Shown: positions 6,526 through 14,209 of the stretch, in pieces
Position numbering within the stretch: the stretch's first letter is position 1
Layout: every line of letters starts with the position of its first letter
NCBI GenBank assembly: GCA_042217545.1
Contig: JBDGSM010000042.1
Coordinates: forward strand, 11,826 to 26,034
DNA length: 14,209 nucleotides
Source of the DNA: Candidatus Nanohalobium sp.
GTDB lineage: Archaea; Nanohalarchaeota; Nanosalinia; Nanosalinales; Nanosalinaceae
Reading direction: 5' to 3'
Position numbers and translations under genes: made by a program
Notes under the pieces: model-generated
What the model was told of the DNA's origin: nothing
What the model saw: only the letters and a program-made list of their open reading frames with translations
The model's database searches: none

Positions 6526-8322
6526 CTATGCCCTGACCTTCAGCTTGCCGGACTCCGAGGCACCGATCACGCGGTTCGCGAGCTCGGACTGCTTTGTCAA
6601 CGAGATATCTCCGTTTTTCCCTACAGTAGCTGTGAAAAGGAACTCGTCTCCATCGTAAATATCTACCTCTGTACCGGACATGTTCTCACCGGCATGTATC
6701 AGGACGGAGTTACCCCGCTCCTCTACATCATAGGAAACCTCGGACTTGGTAGTAGCAGTGTTCTTCGGCTCGACAGTGATGTCAAGGCCTAACTCGTCCT
6801 CCAGGCGGTCGATATTTTCTCCACCTTTACCTATAACATGGGAAACTTCGTCCTCCGAGACCATGAGGCGGATATGATTGTCCGAGATAAACTCGATCTC
6901 GGGACTGTTTACCCTGTTGCCGATAAGATGCATCAACTGTTCCTTGGCAAGTCTCTGTGCACCAGACTCCTTCGAGGCCTCCGAGACTGGAACGACTACT
7001 GTCTCCTCTCCGTACGTGTAGATCTCGTAGACTGGTGCGTCGTCTTCGAACCTGGAGATCTGGATAACAGGTCGTGCCAGGTCCTCCTCTGTCATGCCTT
7101 CAGGAACCTTGACAACGAGCTCCAGCTTGTAGACCTCCTCAATCTGTGCATCCTTGATAAATACTACAGTATCACAGACCTCGGGGATCATACCAAGCTC
7201 CACCCTCCCGATCAAACGCTGAACTGCATCAACAGCCTCTGAAGCATGGACAACTCCGATCATTCCAACACCAGCCATACGCATGTCGGAGAAGACCTCG
7301 AAATCATCAGTCTTCCTTACTTCATCGAAGACTGTGTAATCAGGCCTTGCGAGCAGGAGGAAGTCACCTGTATCCTCCATCGAATCCTCAAGGCCTGTGT
7401 ACTGCGTGACATCAGGGCCTACATCCAGGTCCCGGGGCTTCTCCATAGTCTTCACGACCTCCCCGTTCTCGCTGTAGTACTCCGCAAGAGCCTGGGAAAA
7501 AGTAGACTTACCGTGTCCTGGTGCACCGGCGACAAGGATTCCCTCTGCCTCGGTCTTGAGTCTTGTAAGAAGTTCATCGCTCATCGCATAATCATCCAGG
7601 GACACCTTGGCAACAGGCCTCACAGCTGTAATCTCCGCTGCCTCGGAGAACGGAGGCCTTGTCATCGCTATCCTGTACCTTCCAAGCTGGATGACTGTTG
7701 CGCCTTCCTTCTCCATCTCGACCAGGCCTTCGTCGCTCATTTCGGCTGCTTCCACGGTCTCATTGATCAATGAGTACATCTTTCCACGTGAAAGCTGTTT
7801 ATTATCTATTTCCTCAAGTTCAAACTCTCCTGGAAGGCCTCTCTTCGCCTTAGGGTTCGCACCTTCTTTCAGGTGTACGCTCATTGTCTCATCGTCGAAG
7901 TATTCTTCCAGAGGAAACTCCACGTTCTTCTCCTTCTCGTACTGTTTACATTCTATGCCTTTAGCCCGGGCGACCTTTGCCTGTACTCCATCTGCGGTGT
8001 AAAGCGTGGCTCCGATCTCCTCAGCCATGTCACGAATCAGTGCGTCTATCCTTCCATTATGTGATAGCTCTATCTCCTCAGTAGTCGGTTTCCTGCCTCT
8101 GAAGCTGATTTCAAGGTCTTCCCTATCTGCCAGCATCCTGATCTTTTTGATCTCCTCGATGCCTTTGTAACCGGTCTCTTTACCTTCATTGGCCTGATTC
8201 TCCAGCTCGTCGACAACGAACTCAGGTATTATTATATCTGCTCTCAACTCACCTCTCTCGATCAGATCTGAAAGCTTTCCGTCGATAATGATAGAGGTGT
8301 CAGGTACGATTTTCTCTGTCAT
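6526..8322 (-). CDS. PIN-domain P-loop ATPase with KH domain (PINA / MJ1533 family)
   Basis: PIN domain (IVPDTSIIID, VVDELE, RIDALI, LYTAD), Walker A GAPGHGKST, Walker B TVFDEVR, GVGMIGVVHA and a KH GxxG loop (VIGKGGENI). ATG8322 is preferred over GTG8331 by TATA-like spacing. Confidence 0.92.
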   Translation of the reverse strand: MTEKIVPDTSIIIDGKLSDLIERGELRADIIIPEFVVDELENQANEGKETGYKGIEEIKKIRMLADREDLEISFRGRKPTTEEIELSHNGRIDALIRDMAEEIGATLYTADGVQAKVARAKGIECKQYEKEKNVEFPLEEYFDDETMSVHLKEGANPKAKRGLPGEFELEEIDNKQLSRGKMYSLINETVEAAEMSDEGLVEMEKEGATVIQLGRYRIAMTRPPFSEAAEITAVRPVAKVSLDDYAMSDELLTRLKTEAEGILVAGAPGHGKSTFSQALAEYYSENGEVVKTMEKPRDLDVGPDVTQYTGLEDSMEDTGDFLLLARPDYTVFDEVRKTDDFEVFSDMRMAGVGMIGVVHASEAVDAVQRLIGRVELGMIPEVCDTVVFIKDAQIEEVYKLELVVKVPEGMTEEDLARPVIQISRFEDDAPVYEIYTYGEETVVVPVSEASKESGAQRLAKEQLMHLIGNRVNSPEIEFISDNHIRLMVSEDEVSHVIGKGGENIDRLEDELGLDITVEPKNTATTKSEVSYDVEERGNSVLIHAGENMSGTEVDIYDGDEFLFTATVGKNGDISLTKQSELANRVIGASESGKLKVRA

Positions 8323-8376
8323 ATGTTTCACAGTTCGGGGTAAAGCTTGAAAAATAGCTTGATTGAACTCTATGAG

Positions 8377-8388
8377 AAAAGAAAAAAA
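8377..8388 (-). terminator. Oligo-T terminator candidate after the acidic orphan gene
   Basis: The minus strand reads TTTTTTTCTTTT about 11 nt after the stop at 8400. Confidence 0.45.
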
Positions 8389-8399
8389 GATAGAACACG

Positions 8400-8714
8400 C
8401 TAGAGTTTTTCTGCAGGAGTCAGGCTACCGTCGTCCTCAAGTACGTCATCAACGTCGAACTCGTAGGAAAGATCTCCATCTTCCTGCTCATCGTATCCCT
8501 CAACAGAGACAGCACCATCTCCCCCGTAGGCCTCAGCCATAGCATCAGGATCTAGCGCGTTATCTACAGCATAATTGTCAACCAGCTCATCCTTCGCACC
8601 CCATTCACTCCCCAGGACTGCGAGTACGTTCTCCATCTCCGCCGTGACAACCTCTATATCGCCTGAGCCGTTCTCTGCACGGGCTTCAAGTTCCAAAGGT
8701 TTAGATGCCGACAT
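8400..8714 (-). CDS. Small, very acidic hypothetical protein
   Basis: 104 aa with 30 D/E and 4 K/R. TTTATTAA lies 25-32 nt upstream of the ATG and a T-tract lies downstream. Confidence 0.7.
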   Translation of the reverse strand: MSASKPLELEARAENGSGDIEVVTAEMENVLAVLGSEWGAKDELVDNYAVDNALDPDAMAEAYGGDGAVSVEGYDEQEDGDLSYEFDVDDVLEDDGSLTPAEKL

Positions 8715-8779
8715 GGGATAAATCTTATCGTCGAAAACTTAATAAACCAACAGTTATTTGCTACTCTGCAATAACATTT

Positions 8780-9646
8780 TTAGATGTCCAGCATACCGTC
8801 ATCGTCAAAGAACTCGTCCTCGTCCTGTCCCAGCTCTGTTTCGACAGTTCCCTCCTCAAAGACATCGGGTTCCGCGAGATCGACCTGGGTCAGCACATGC
8901 TGGGCAACATCTCTTCCGGTCTTCGTGAACATGTAGTTGTCGGTAAGAAGGCCTTCATCTCTCAAGCCTGTCGCCAGGCCCCTCACAGTGCTCTCGGGAA
9001 CATCAAGTTCCTCGCTGATCTCCGTGGGGCTCATACCAGAACCGTACAGGAAGAAGGCCTTTATCTTCTCTCCGCTCTTAGACTGCTGTTACCGTAGTCC
9101 TACGTGAAAAGACTGCGGTAGAAATCTCCTGCATCTATCTCCAGGCCCGAGAAAACTGTTTCGATGGCTTCGCTGCTCCTTATGAACTCCTGTCCAAGAT
9201 CCGTTATCTCACCTTCTTGAGGGGAGAATTGCCCTCTTTCGACAAACTTAATTCGAGAAGGCCTGCGTCCCGGTAATCATGTATCCAGTTGTTTCTTGTA
9301 CTCCTGTTATCTGTAGGCATATCCGTGTCGTAATGGTTGGAGAAGGCTTTCAGGCCTTCAAGTTTGCTGTAGCTGTTCCCTCCGGAGTTCGTTGTCTTCA
9401 GTGCATCGTATATCTCGTCAAGGTTCTTGAACGCTTCAACGGCTTCTCCGTACTCTTCTTCATCTTCCTCTTTGAAGCTTTCCAGGTTCCCGTCGTCGAA
9501 GACGCTCCCTATGCTCCATTCCAGCTCTCCGTCATATGTTTCTCCTGTATCCACGATCTTGCCATATTCCTCGAAAGGCCTTGCTCTCTGCATAATCTGC
9601 AGGATGTATCTCTGTGCGTCGTCAGCGCATTCGGGCCTACCGCCAT
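8780..9646 (-). pseudogene. Disrupted tandem winged-helix (wHTH) protein gene, about 290 codons when reassembled
   Basis: ATG9646 gives MAVGPNALT; shift near 9620; DAQRYILQIM...TRNNWIHDYRDAGLLE; shift near 9217-9251; EGEITDLGQEFIRSS...FYRSLFT ending at TAG 9102-9100; shift near 9085; SKSGEKIKAFFLYGSGMSPTEISEELDVPESTVRGLATGLRDEGLLTDNYMFTKTG... to the stop at 8780. Two wHTH-like 'L/YRDxGLL...TxxG' units are visible. TATTTA lies 25-30 nt upstream of ATG9646. Confidence 0.65.
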
Positions 9647-9799
9647 ATAGGAGGCCTCGCAGCCAAGAACTAAATACATATTTACTGGAAGATATACAAC
9701 ACAACAAAACCATTCTTTTGCTACCTAACAGTGAATATTCAATCTGGGTCAACATGGATAGGTATTTAAGGAAAAGGCCTCTAATTTCAGCATACGAAA

Positions 9800-9847
9800 A
9801 CACCATATGTGTGGGGGGAGGGCTTGGTTCTCCACAACATATGTGTG
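9800..9847. promoter_or_regulatory. Candidate tandem NrdR boxes
   Basis: ACACCATATGTGTGGG (9800-9815) and CCACAACATATGTGTG (9832-9847) partly match the bacterial consensus acaCwAtATaTwGtgt. They are 32 bp apart and directly upstream of nrdR-nrdJ. Confidence 0.6.
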
Positions 9848-9859
9848 ATGCGCCACACA

Positions 9860-9870
9860 GAAAGTTAAGT
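9860..9870 (+). promoter_or_regulatory. BRE/TATA-like promoter of nrdR-nrdJ
   Basis: GAAAG-TTAAGT, with TTAAGT at -30 to -25 relative to ATG9895. Confidence 0.5.
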
Positions 9871-9894
9871 TGAATTAGAGGTAACGCTGCCGTT

Positions 9895-10338
9895 ATGAAA
9901 TGCATCTACTGTGATGAAGGGGACACGAAAGTTGTAGACACGAGGGAATCCTCGAAGAAGATTCGCCGCAGGAGAGAGTGCAAGAACTGCGGACGCCGCT
10001 TCACGACGTATGAAACTGCGGAATCTATGGAGATAGAAGTCACGAAGCGGGACGGCGAAGACGAAACGTTCAGCGAGGAAAAGATCCGTAACGGCGTCCA
10101 GAGGGCAGCGAAGAAGACATCACTGGATGAAGATCAGATCGAAGAAGTAGTTGAGGCCGTGAAAGACAGGATACGCGGTAAAAAATGCGTTAAGGCCTCG
10201 GAGATCGGCGAGTTTGTGAAAGAAGAGTTGAAGAAACGCGACAAGGTCGCATACATACGGTTCGCTTCCGTTTACGACTCCTTTGATGACGTGGAGTCGT
10301 TTGAGAAGGAAGTGAAAGCGCTGCAAAATGATAACTAG
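9895..10338 (+). CDS. nrdR: Transcriptional repressor NrdR
   Basis: Zn ribbon CIYC...TKVVDTR...IRRRRECKNCGRRFTTYE, ATP-cone (VTKRDG..E.FSEEKI) and C-terminal AYIRFASVYDSF. It lies directly upstream of an RNR gene. Confidence 0.96.
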   Translation: MKCIYCDEGDTKVVDTRESSKKIRRRRECKNCGRRFTTYETAESMEIEVTKRDGEDETFSEEKIRNGVQRAAKKTSLDEDQIEEVVEAVKDRIRGKKCVKASEIGEFVKEELKKRDKVAYIRFASVYDSFDDVESFEKEVKALQNDN

Positions 10339-10361
10339 AACTCATACTTTAGGTTGAAACC

Positions 10362-13300
10362 ATGGCTAACAAGCTAGAACAGAAGTCAGAATTCAAGTTA
10401 CCCGTTAAAAGGGTCAAAGGAGACACCGTCGAAGAACGCTTGACGGAGAACGCTTACGAGCGTATCCTGCCGTCACGCTACCTTCTCAAGGATGAAGACG
10501 GTAACGTCACCGAGACCCCAGAAGAAATGTTCGAGCGCGTCGCAAAAAACGTCGCGCAGCCCGACAAAAACTTTGATGATATAGATTACGAGGAATCCTG
10601 GAAGGAGTTCAAGGACCTGATGACGCATCAGGCCTTCATGCCGAACTCCCCGACACTGATGAACGCTGGAGCCTCACTTCAGCAGCTAAGTGCCTGTTTT
10701 GTTGTCCATCCTGAAGACGATATGGACTCTATCTTTGATACTGTTCACGACGCTGCGAAGATCTTCCAGTCCGGTGGAGGCATGGGATACCCTTTCCACC
10801 TTCTGAGGCCTAAAGGAGACATCGTCAAGTCCACAGGAGGCATTGCCTCAGGACCAATGTCTTTCCAGCAGGTCTTCGACACGATGTGTGGGACCATCAA
10901 GCAGGGAGGAAAGAGAAGAGGAGCACAGATGGGTATAATGAAAGTCGATCATCCCGACATCCTCAGGTTTATTGTTGCAAAGAGAAAGGAAGGCAACCTC
11001 TCCAACTTCAACATCTCCGTAGGCATCACCGAAGACTTCATGGAAGCAGTGAAAAACGACGAGGAATACACATTGATCAACCCACGCACAGGAGAACCGT
11101 TCGAAGTCAGTCAGAAGACGGCAGAGTTCTACAACAGCGATGAGGAATGGTATCCAGAAGCCGCAGGATCCGACCAGGGAAGAGACGACAACTTCTGGAG
11201 AGATCATGCCTCAAGCTTCGGCGACGAAATCAAGGACTACGAAATCGAACTGGAACCAGGAGAAGAAATGACTTTACCCGCGAGATTCATCTGGGAAACA
11301 CTTATCGATGGTGCATGGAGAAACGGCGAACCAGGCCTCTACATGTACGACGAAGCCAACAAGATGCACTCGTTTGACGTAGAGAAACATCCTGAACATA
11401 GAATGGAAGCCACAAATCCATGTGTAACAGGAGATACACTGATATCAACTGGCCAAGGGGTTTTCACTGCAGAAGAGCTGAATAAACAGAAGATAGCTAC
11501 AGATGTGGTTGTCGACAGCAGAAGAAGTGATGAAAAAGTTAAGGAAGCCTCCAGCGTATACAAGACAGGAACAAAGGATGTCTACAAGCTAGAGACTGTT
11601 GAAGGCTTCGAACTGAGACTCACGGCAGATCACCAGGTAATGACTGGAAATGGCTGGAAAGAAGCACAGAACCTGGAAGAAGACGACCAGGTACATATTC
11701 TTGACCGTGAAGGCTCCTTTGGCCACGGAGGAACTGAAAAGGAAGGTAGAGTTCTTGGATGGCTTGTCGGAGACGGCCAGATGAAAGACAGTGAGAAAAG
11801 AGCTGTCCTGCATTTCTACGATCAGGACACCGAGATCTCAGAGGAGTTCGCAGGATACGCCAACGAGGTAGTAAGAACTCCGGAAGGAAACGCAGACTAC
11901 GAAATAGGCGTCCAGCAAGTACAGAGAAGGGAAGGTCATAGACAGAAAGCAGAAGCAAAAGAGGAAAGAGTTAGATCACAAAGACTCTACGAACTGGCCT
12001 CGGAATACAGCCTGGATGAAGAAAAGCTGCAGGTTCCAGAGAAGGTATTCAGATCCAGCAAAGAGTTAGCCAGAGGATTCCTGCAGGGCCTGTTCACAGC
12101 CGACGGCTCCGTACAGGGCAACGTTGAAAAAGGAGTGTCTGTAAGGCTCTCCAGCAGCGATGAAGAACTACTCAAGGAGGCACAGCAACTGCTGCTCAAC
12201 TTCGGAATCTACAGCAAAGTCTACACAGAGAGAAGAGAGAAAGGAAGAAGAGAACTTCCGGATGGCAAAGGAGGAAAGAAAGAGTACGATACCAAGGCAC
12301 AGCACGACCTGATGATCAGTAAAGGAAGCCTGAAGACATTCCAGGAAAAAATAGGGTTCCTCAGAGAAGACAAGGAAAAGAAGCTGGAAGAAAAACTCTC
12401 CAACTACACAAGAGGGCCTTACACAGAGAAGTTCATGGCAACCGTTGAAAACCTGGAGAAAGACGGACATGAAGATGTCTACGACCTGACAGAGCCAGAC
12501 ACTCACAGCTTCATAGCAAACGGCTTAGTAGTCCACAACTGCGGAGAACAACCGTTGGAGAACTACGAGGCCTGTAACCTGGGACACATCAACCTGTCCC
12601 TCATGGTAGAGGATCAGGGAGACGGCGCCGCACTCTCATTCGCGGAATGGAAAGAAGAAAACAAGGAGCGATACGACTTCAGCGATCAGTCAGATCTGAA
12701 CGCTGCAATGCAGGAATACCTCCAGGAAGCACTTGACATGGAAGAATTCGAGTACGTTGCAAAGACCAGCTTCAGGTTCCTGGACAATGTAGTTACGATG
12801 AGCGACTTCCCGCTGGAAGAAATCGAGGACAAGATCTCCTCCTTGAGAAAGGTAGGCCTCGGACTCATGGGATTCGCGCAGATGCTGATCCAGTTAGGCA
12901 TCCGCTACGGAAGCGACGAATCAGTCGCAGCAGCAAAAGAAATCCAGAGACTCATCACACGGTTCAGCATCGAGGAATCCAACCGGCTTGCGGATGAAAG
13001 AGGAAAGTTCCCTGACTGGGATGACTCCAAATGGGCGAACCCCACCGAACACAGGGAATGGTTCAGACAGTACACAGGAGGCCTTGACCCAGAAGAGTAC
13101 GAGGACGGACTCGCGATGAGGAACCACAACACAACAACGATCGCGCCGACCGGAACCACCAGCATGATCGGGAACACCTCTGGTGGATGCGAGCCGATCT
13201 ACAGCCTGGCGTACTTCAAGAACGTCGCGAAGGATATCCAGGGAGAGGACATGCTCGTCGAGTTCGACGACTACTTCATCAAGGCCCTGGAAGCGAACGA

Positions 13301-14209
13301 CGTCGATGTGGAAGAGGTCAAACAGGCTGCTCAGGAGAAGATGGAGAACAACGAATGGGAGGGAGTAGAAAGCATCCCGGACGATGTTCTACCGCCTGAG
13401 GTCAAGAAGATATTTGCCACGACTGAACAGGTAGCACCAAAGGAGCACGTCGATGTACAGGCTGCTTTCCAGACTCACAACCACTCAGGGATCTCCAAGA
13501 CCATCAACTTCCCGAACGAGGCAACCAAGGAAGATGTGAGGGAAGCGTACATGCGGGCCTACGACAAAGATGTCAAGGGAATGACAGTTTACAGAGATGG
13601 CACCAGAGACACTCAAGTCATGCAGACTAATCAGGAAAATACCTTGACCGACATGGACAAGGTCGACATGCTCTCCGAAGTCATTGAAGAGTTCGGCGGA
13701 GCAGAATCCCTGCTGACAAGCAACGAGTTCCAGGAAGTCACAGCACAGACAGAGATGGAGGTGCAGGAAGAAACAGAAGGCCTCGACCAGGAAGTCACAC
13801 AGGAAGGAATCCAGGCCGACACAGACAAGCCAGAGGAACACACAGAGATGAGCAAAAGTCACGGAGTCGAAGAAAGGCCTAACGTCGTAAAGGGAACCAC
13901 GCAGGAGATCGAAACCGCCTACGGAGACCTTTTCGTCACCATCAACGACGCAGAGAACAACGGACCGTTCGAAGTATTCGCCCGCGTAGGTAAGTCAGGC
14001 GGATACACACAATCCTTCACAGAGGCCCTGGGAAGAGTCTCCAGTCTAGCGTTGAGAAGCGGTGCAGACGCAGAAGAACTGATCAACCAGCTCGACGACA
14101 TCAGGTCGCCGCAGATCAGCTGGGACAACGGACAGCAGATCCACTCCATCCCTGACGCGATCGCAGAAGCCGTGAAGAGACACCTTCAGGGCGGAAGTGG
14201 AAGCCAGCA
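10362..14209 (+). CDS. nrdJ: Adenosylcobalamin-dependent (class II) ribonucleotide reductase with intein; 3'-partial
   Basis: One frame runs from ATG10362 (MANKLEQK...[16 protein letters not shown]) to the window end. It contains [87 protein letters not shown] and KGMTVYRDG. An acidic linker and a TSCPD-like domain ([30 protein letters not shown]) follow. There is no N-terminal ATP-cone. Confidence 0.95.
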   Translation, partial: MANKLEQKSEFKLPVKRVKGDTVEERLTENAYERILPSRYLLKDEDGNVTETPEEMFERVAKNVAQPDKNFDDIDYEESWKEFKDLMTHQAFMPNSPTLMNAGASLQQLSACFVVHPEDDMDSIFDTVHDAAKIFQSGGGMGYPFHLLRPKGDIVKSTGGIASGPMSFQQVFDTMCGTIKQGGKRRGAQMGIMKVDHPDILRFIVAKRKEGNLSNFNISVGITEDFMEAVKNDEEYTLINPRTGEPFEVSQKTAEFYNSDEEWYPEAAGSDQGRDDNFWRDHASSFGDEIKDYEIELEPGEEMTLPARFIWETLIDGAWRNGEPGLYMYDEANKMHSFDVEKHPEHRMEATNPCVTGDTLISTGQGVFTAEELNKQKIATDVVVDSRRSDEKVKEASSVYKTGTKDVYKLETVEGFELRLTADHQVMTGNGWKEAQNLEEDDQVHILDREGSFGHGGTEKEGRVLGWLVGDGQMKDSEKRAVLHFYDQDTEISEEFAGYANEVVRTPEGNADYEIGVQQVQRREGHRQKAEAKEERVRSQRLYELASEYSLDEEKLQVPEKVFRSSKELARGFLQGLFTADGSVQGNVEKGVSVRLSSSDEELLKEAQQLLLNFGIYSKVYTERREKGRRELPDGKGGKKEYDTKAQHDLMISKGSLKTFQEKIGFLREDKEKKLEEKLSNYTRGPYTEKFMATVENLEKDGHEDVYDLTEPDTHSFIANGLVVHNCGEQPLENYEACNLGHINLSLMVEDQGDGAALSFAEWKEENKERYDFSDQSDLNAAMQEYLQEALDMEEFEYVAKTSFRFLDNVVTMSDFPLEEIEDKISSLRKVGLGLMGFAQMLIQLGIRYGSDESVAAAKEIQRLITRFSIEESNRLADERGKFPDWDDSKWANPTEHREWFRQYTGGLDPEEYEDGLAMRNHNTTTIAPTGTTSMIGNTSGGCEPIYSLAYFKNVAKDIQGEDMLVEFDDYFIKALEANDVDVEEVKQAAQEKMENNEWEGVESIPDDVLPPEVKKIFATTEQVAPKEHVDVQAAFQTHNHSGISKTINFPNEATKEDVREAYMRAYDKDVKGMTVYRDGTRDTQVMQTNQENTLTDMDKVDMLSEVIEEFGGAESLLTSNEFQEVTAQTEMEVQEETEGLDQEVTQEGIQADTDKPEEHTEMSKSHGVEERPNVVKGTTQEIETAYGDLFVTINDAENNGPFEVFARVGKSGGYTQSFTEALGRVSSLALRSGADAEELINQLDDIRSPQISWDNGQQIHSIPDAIAEAVKRHLQGGSGSQ
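11421..12539 (+). mobile_element. Intein (373 aa) with LAGLIDADG homing endonuclease in nrdJ
   Basis: Begins CVTGDTLI after ATNP. Block B LTADHQV, endonuclease motifs VLGWLVGDG and [10 protein letters not shown], block F VYDLT. Ends [11 protein letters not shown] followed by C-extein CGEQ. Removing it restores NPCGEQ. Confidence 0.96.

Larger units (their letters stand above)
329..13880. repeat. Dispersed, highly iterated palindrome AGGCCT (45 copies)
   Basis: Hand count, start positions: 329, 712, 767, 996, 1086, 1209, 1359, 1874, 2172, 2273, 2668, 2778, 3001, 3136, 4649, 4849, 5647, 5752, 5986, 6509, 6785, 6975, 7342, 7391, 7615, 7654, 7724, 7835, 8528, 8949, 9055, 9259, 9352, 9576, 9652, 9775, 10193, 10630, 10806, 11333, 12568, 12854, 13079, 13778, 13875. 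About 3-3.5 are expected for a random hexamer. Confidence 0.85.

Noticed and set aside
5451..8064. Alternative-frame and antisense ORFs over the DUF389 and PINA genes (e.g. 5451-5876, 5611-6162, 6838-7242, 7246-7773)
   Set aside because: They are fully nested in well-supported genes and have no recognisable motifs.
3264..8322. NYN and PIN domains as toxin-antitoxin or anti-phage defence genes
   Set aside because: No antitoxin-like partner or defence-island context is visible. PIN-ATPase-KH is a conserved archaeal housekeeping family.
9217..9251. Possible bulge-helix-bulge mRNA intron or small insertion in the wHTH gene. Removing 32-35 nt restores the frame, and the flanks GCCTTCT/AGAAGGT can pair.
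   Set aside because: I could not build the 4-bp central helix with two 3-nt bulges. A single-base indel explains the shift equally well, and the gene has other lesions.
9647..9905. N-terminal ~86 aa of track ORF 9204-9905 (minus)
   Set aside because: It crosses the AT-rich promoter region and overlaps the nrdR start, with a non-halophilic composition (C/S/L-rich). The real start appears to be ATG9646 in another frame.
10848..14149. Many short track ORFs on both strands within nrdJ
   Set aside because: They are shadow or antisense frames of the single long nrdJ frame, rich in S/F/L or R as expected from the complement of an acidic, purine-rich gene.
1..14209. tRNA, rRNA, CRISPR array, IS element or cobalamin riboswitch
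   Set aside because: I saw no cloverleaf, regularly spaced repeats, transposase or terminal inverted repeats. Spacers are mostly too short, and no B12-box was recognisable upstream of nrdJ or the BtuF-like gene. A covariance-model search was not possible.

Overview
A compact, gene-dense archaeal region. The D/E-rich proteins, moderate GC (roughly 45-50% by eye), very short or overlapping spacers and TATA-like boxes 25-33 nt upstream of start codons fit a halophilic DPANN archaeon such as Nanohaloarchaeota (inference). Gene order: 3' end of a probable FAD oxidoreductase; a frameshifted HAD hydrolase; a BtuF/TroA-like cobalamin-binding protein with no signal peptide; two tandem paralogous small membrane proteins; endonuclease IV (nfo); a NYN/LabA nuclease directly followed by a 4xCBS + HPF/RaiA-like protein (probable archaeal ribosome hibernation factor); a small membrane protein; a TIGR00341/DUF389 protein; a PIN-ATPase-KH (PINA-type) protein; an acidic orphan; a multiply broken tandem winged-helix gene; nrdR with candidate tandem NrdR boxes; and a B12-dependent class II ribonucleotide reductase (nrdJ). 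nrdJ is missing from the ORF track because it runs off the window, and it carries a 373-aa LAGLIDADG intein just before its radical cysteine. The most striking unexplained signal is window-wide. The palindrome AGGCCT occurs 45 times by hand count against about 3 expected, in different reading frames and in short intergenic spacers, resembling a HIP1-like highly iterated palindrome.
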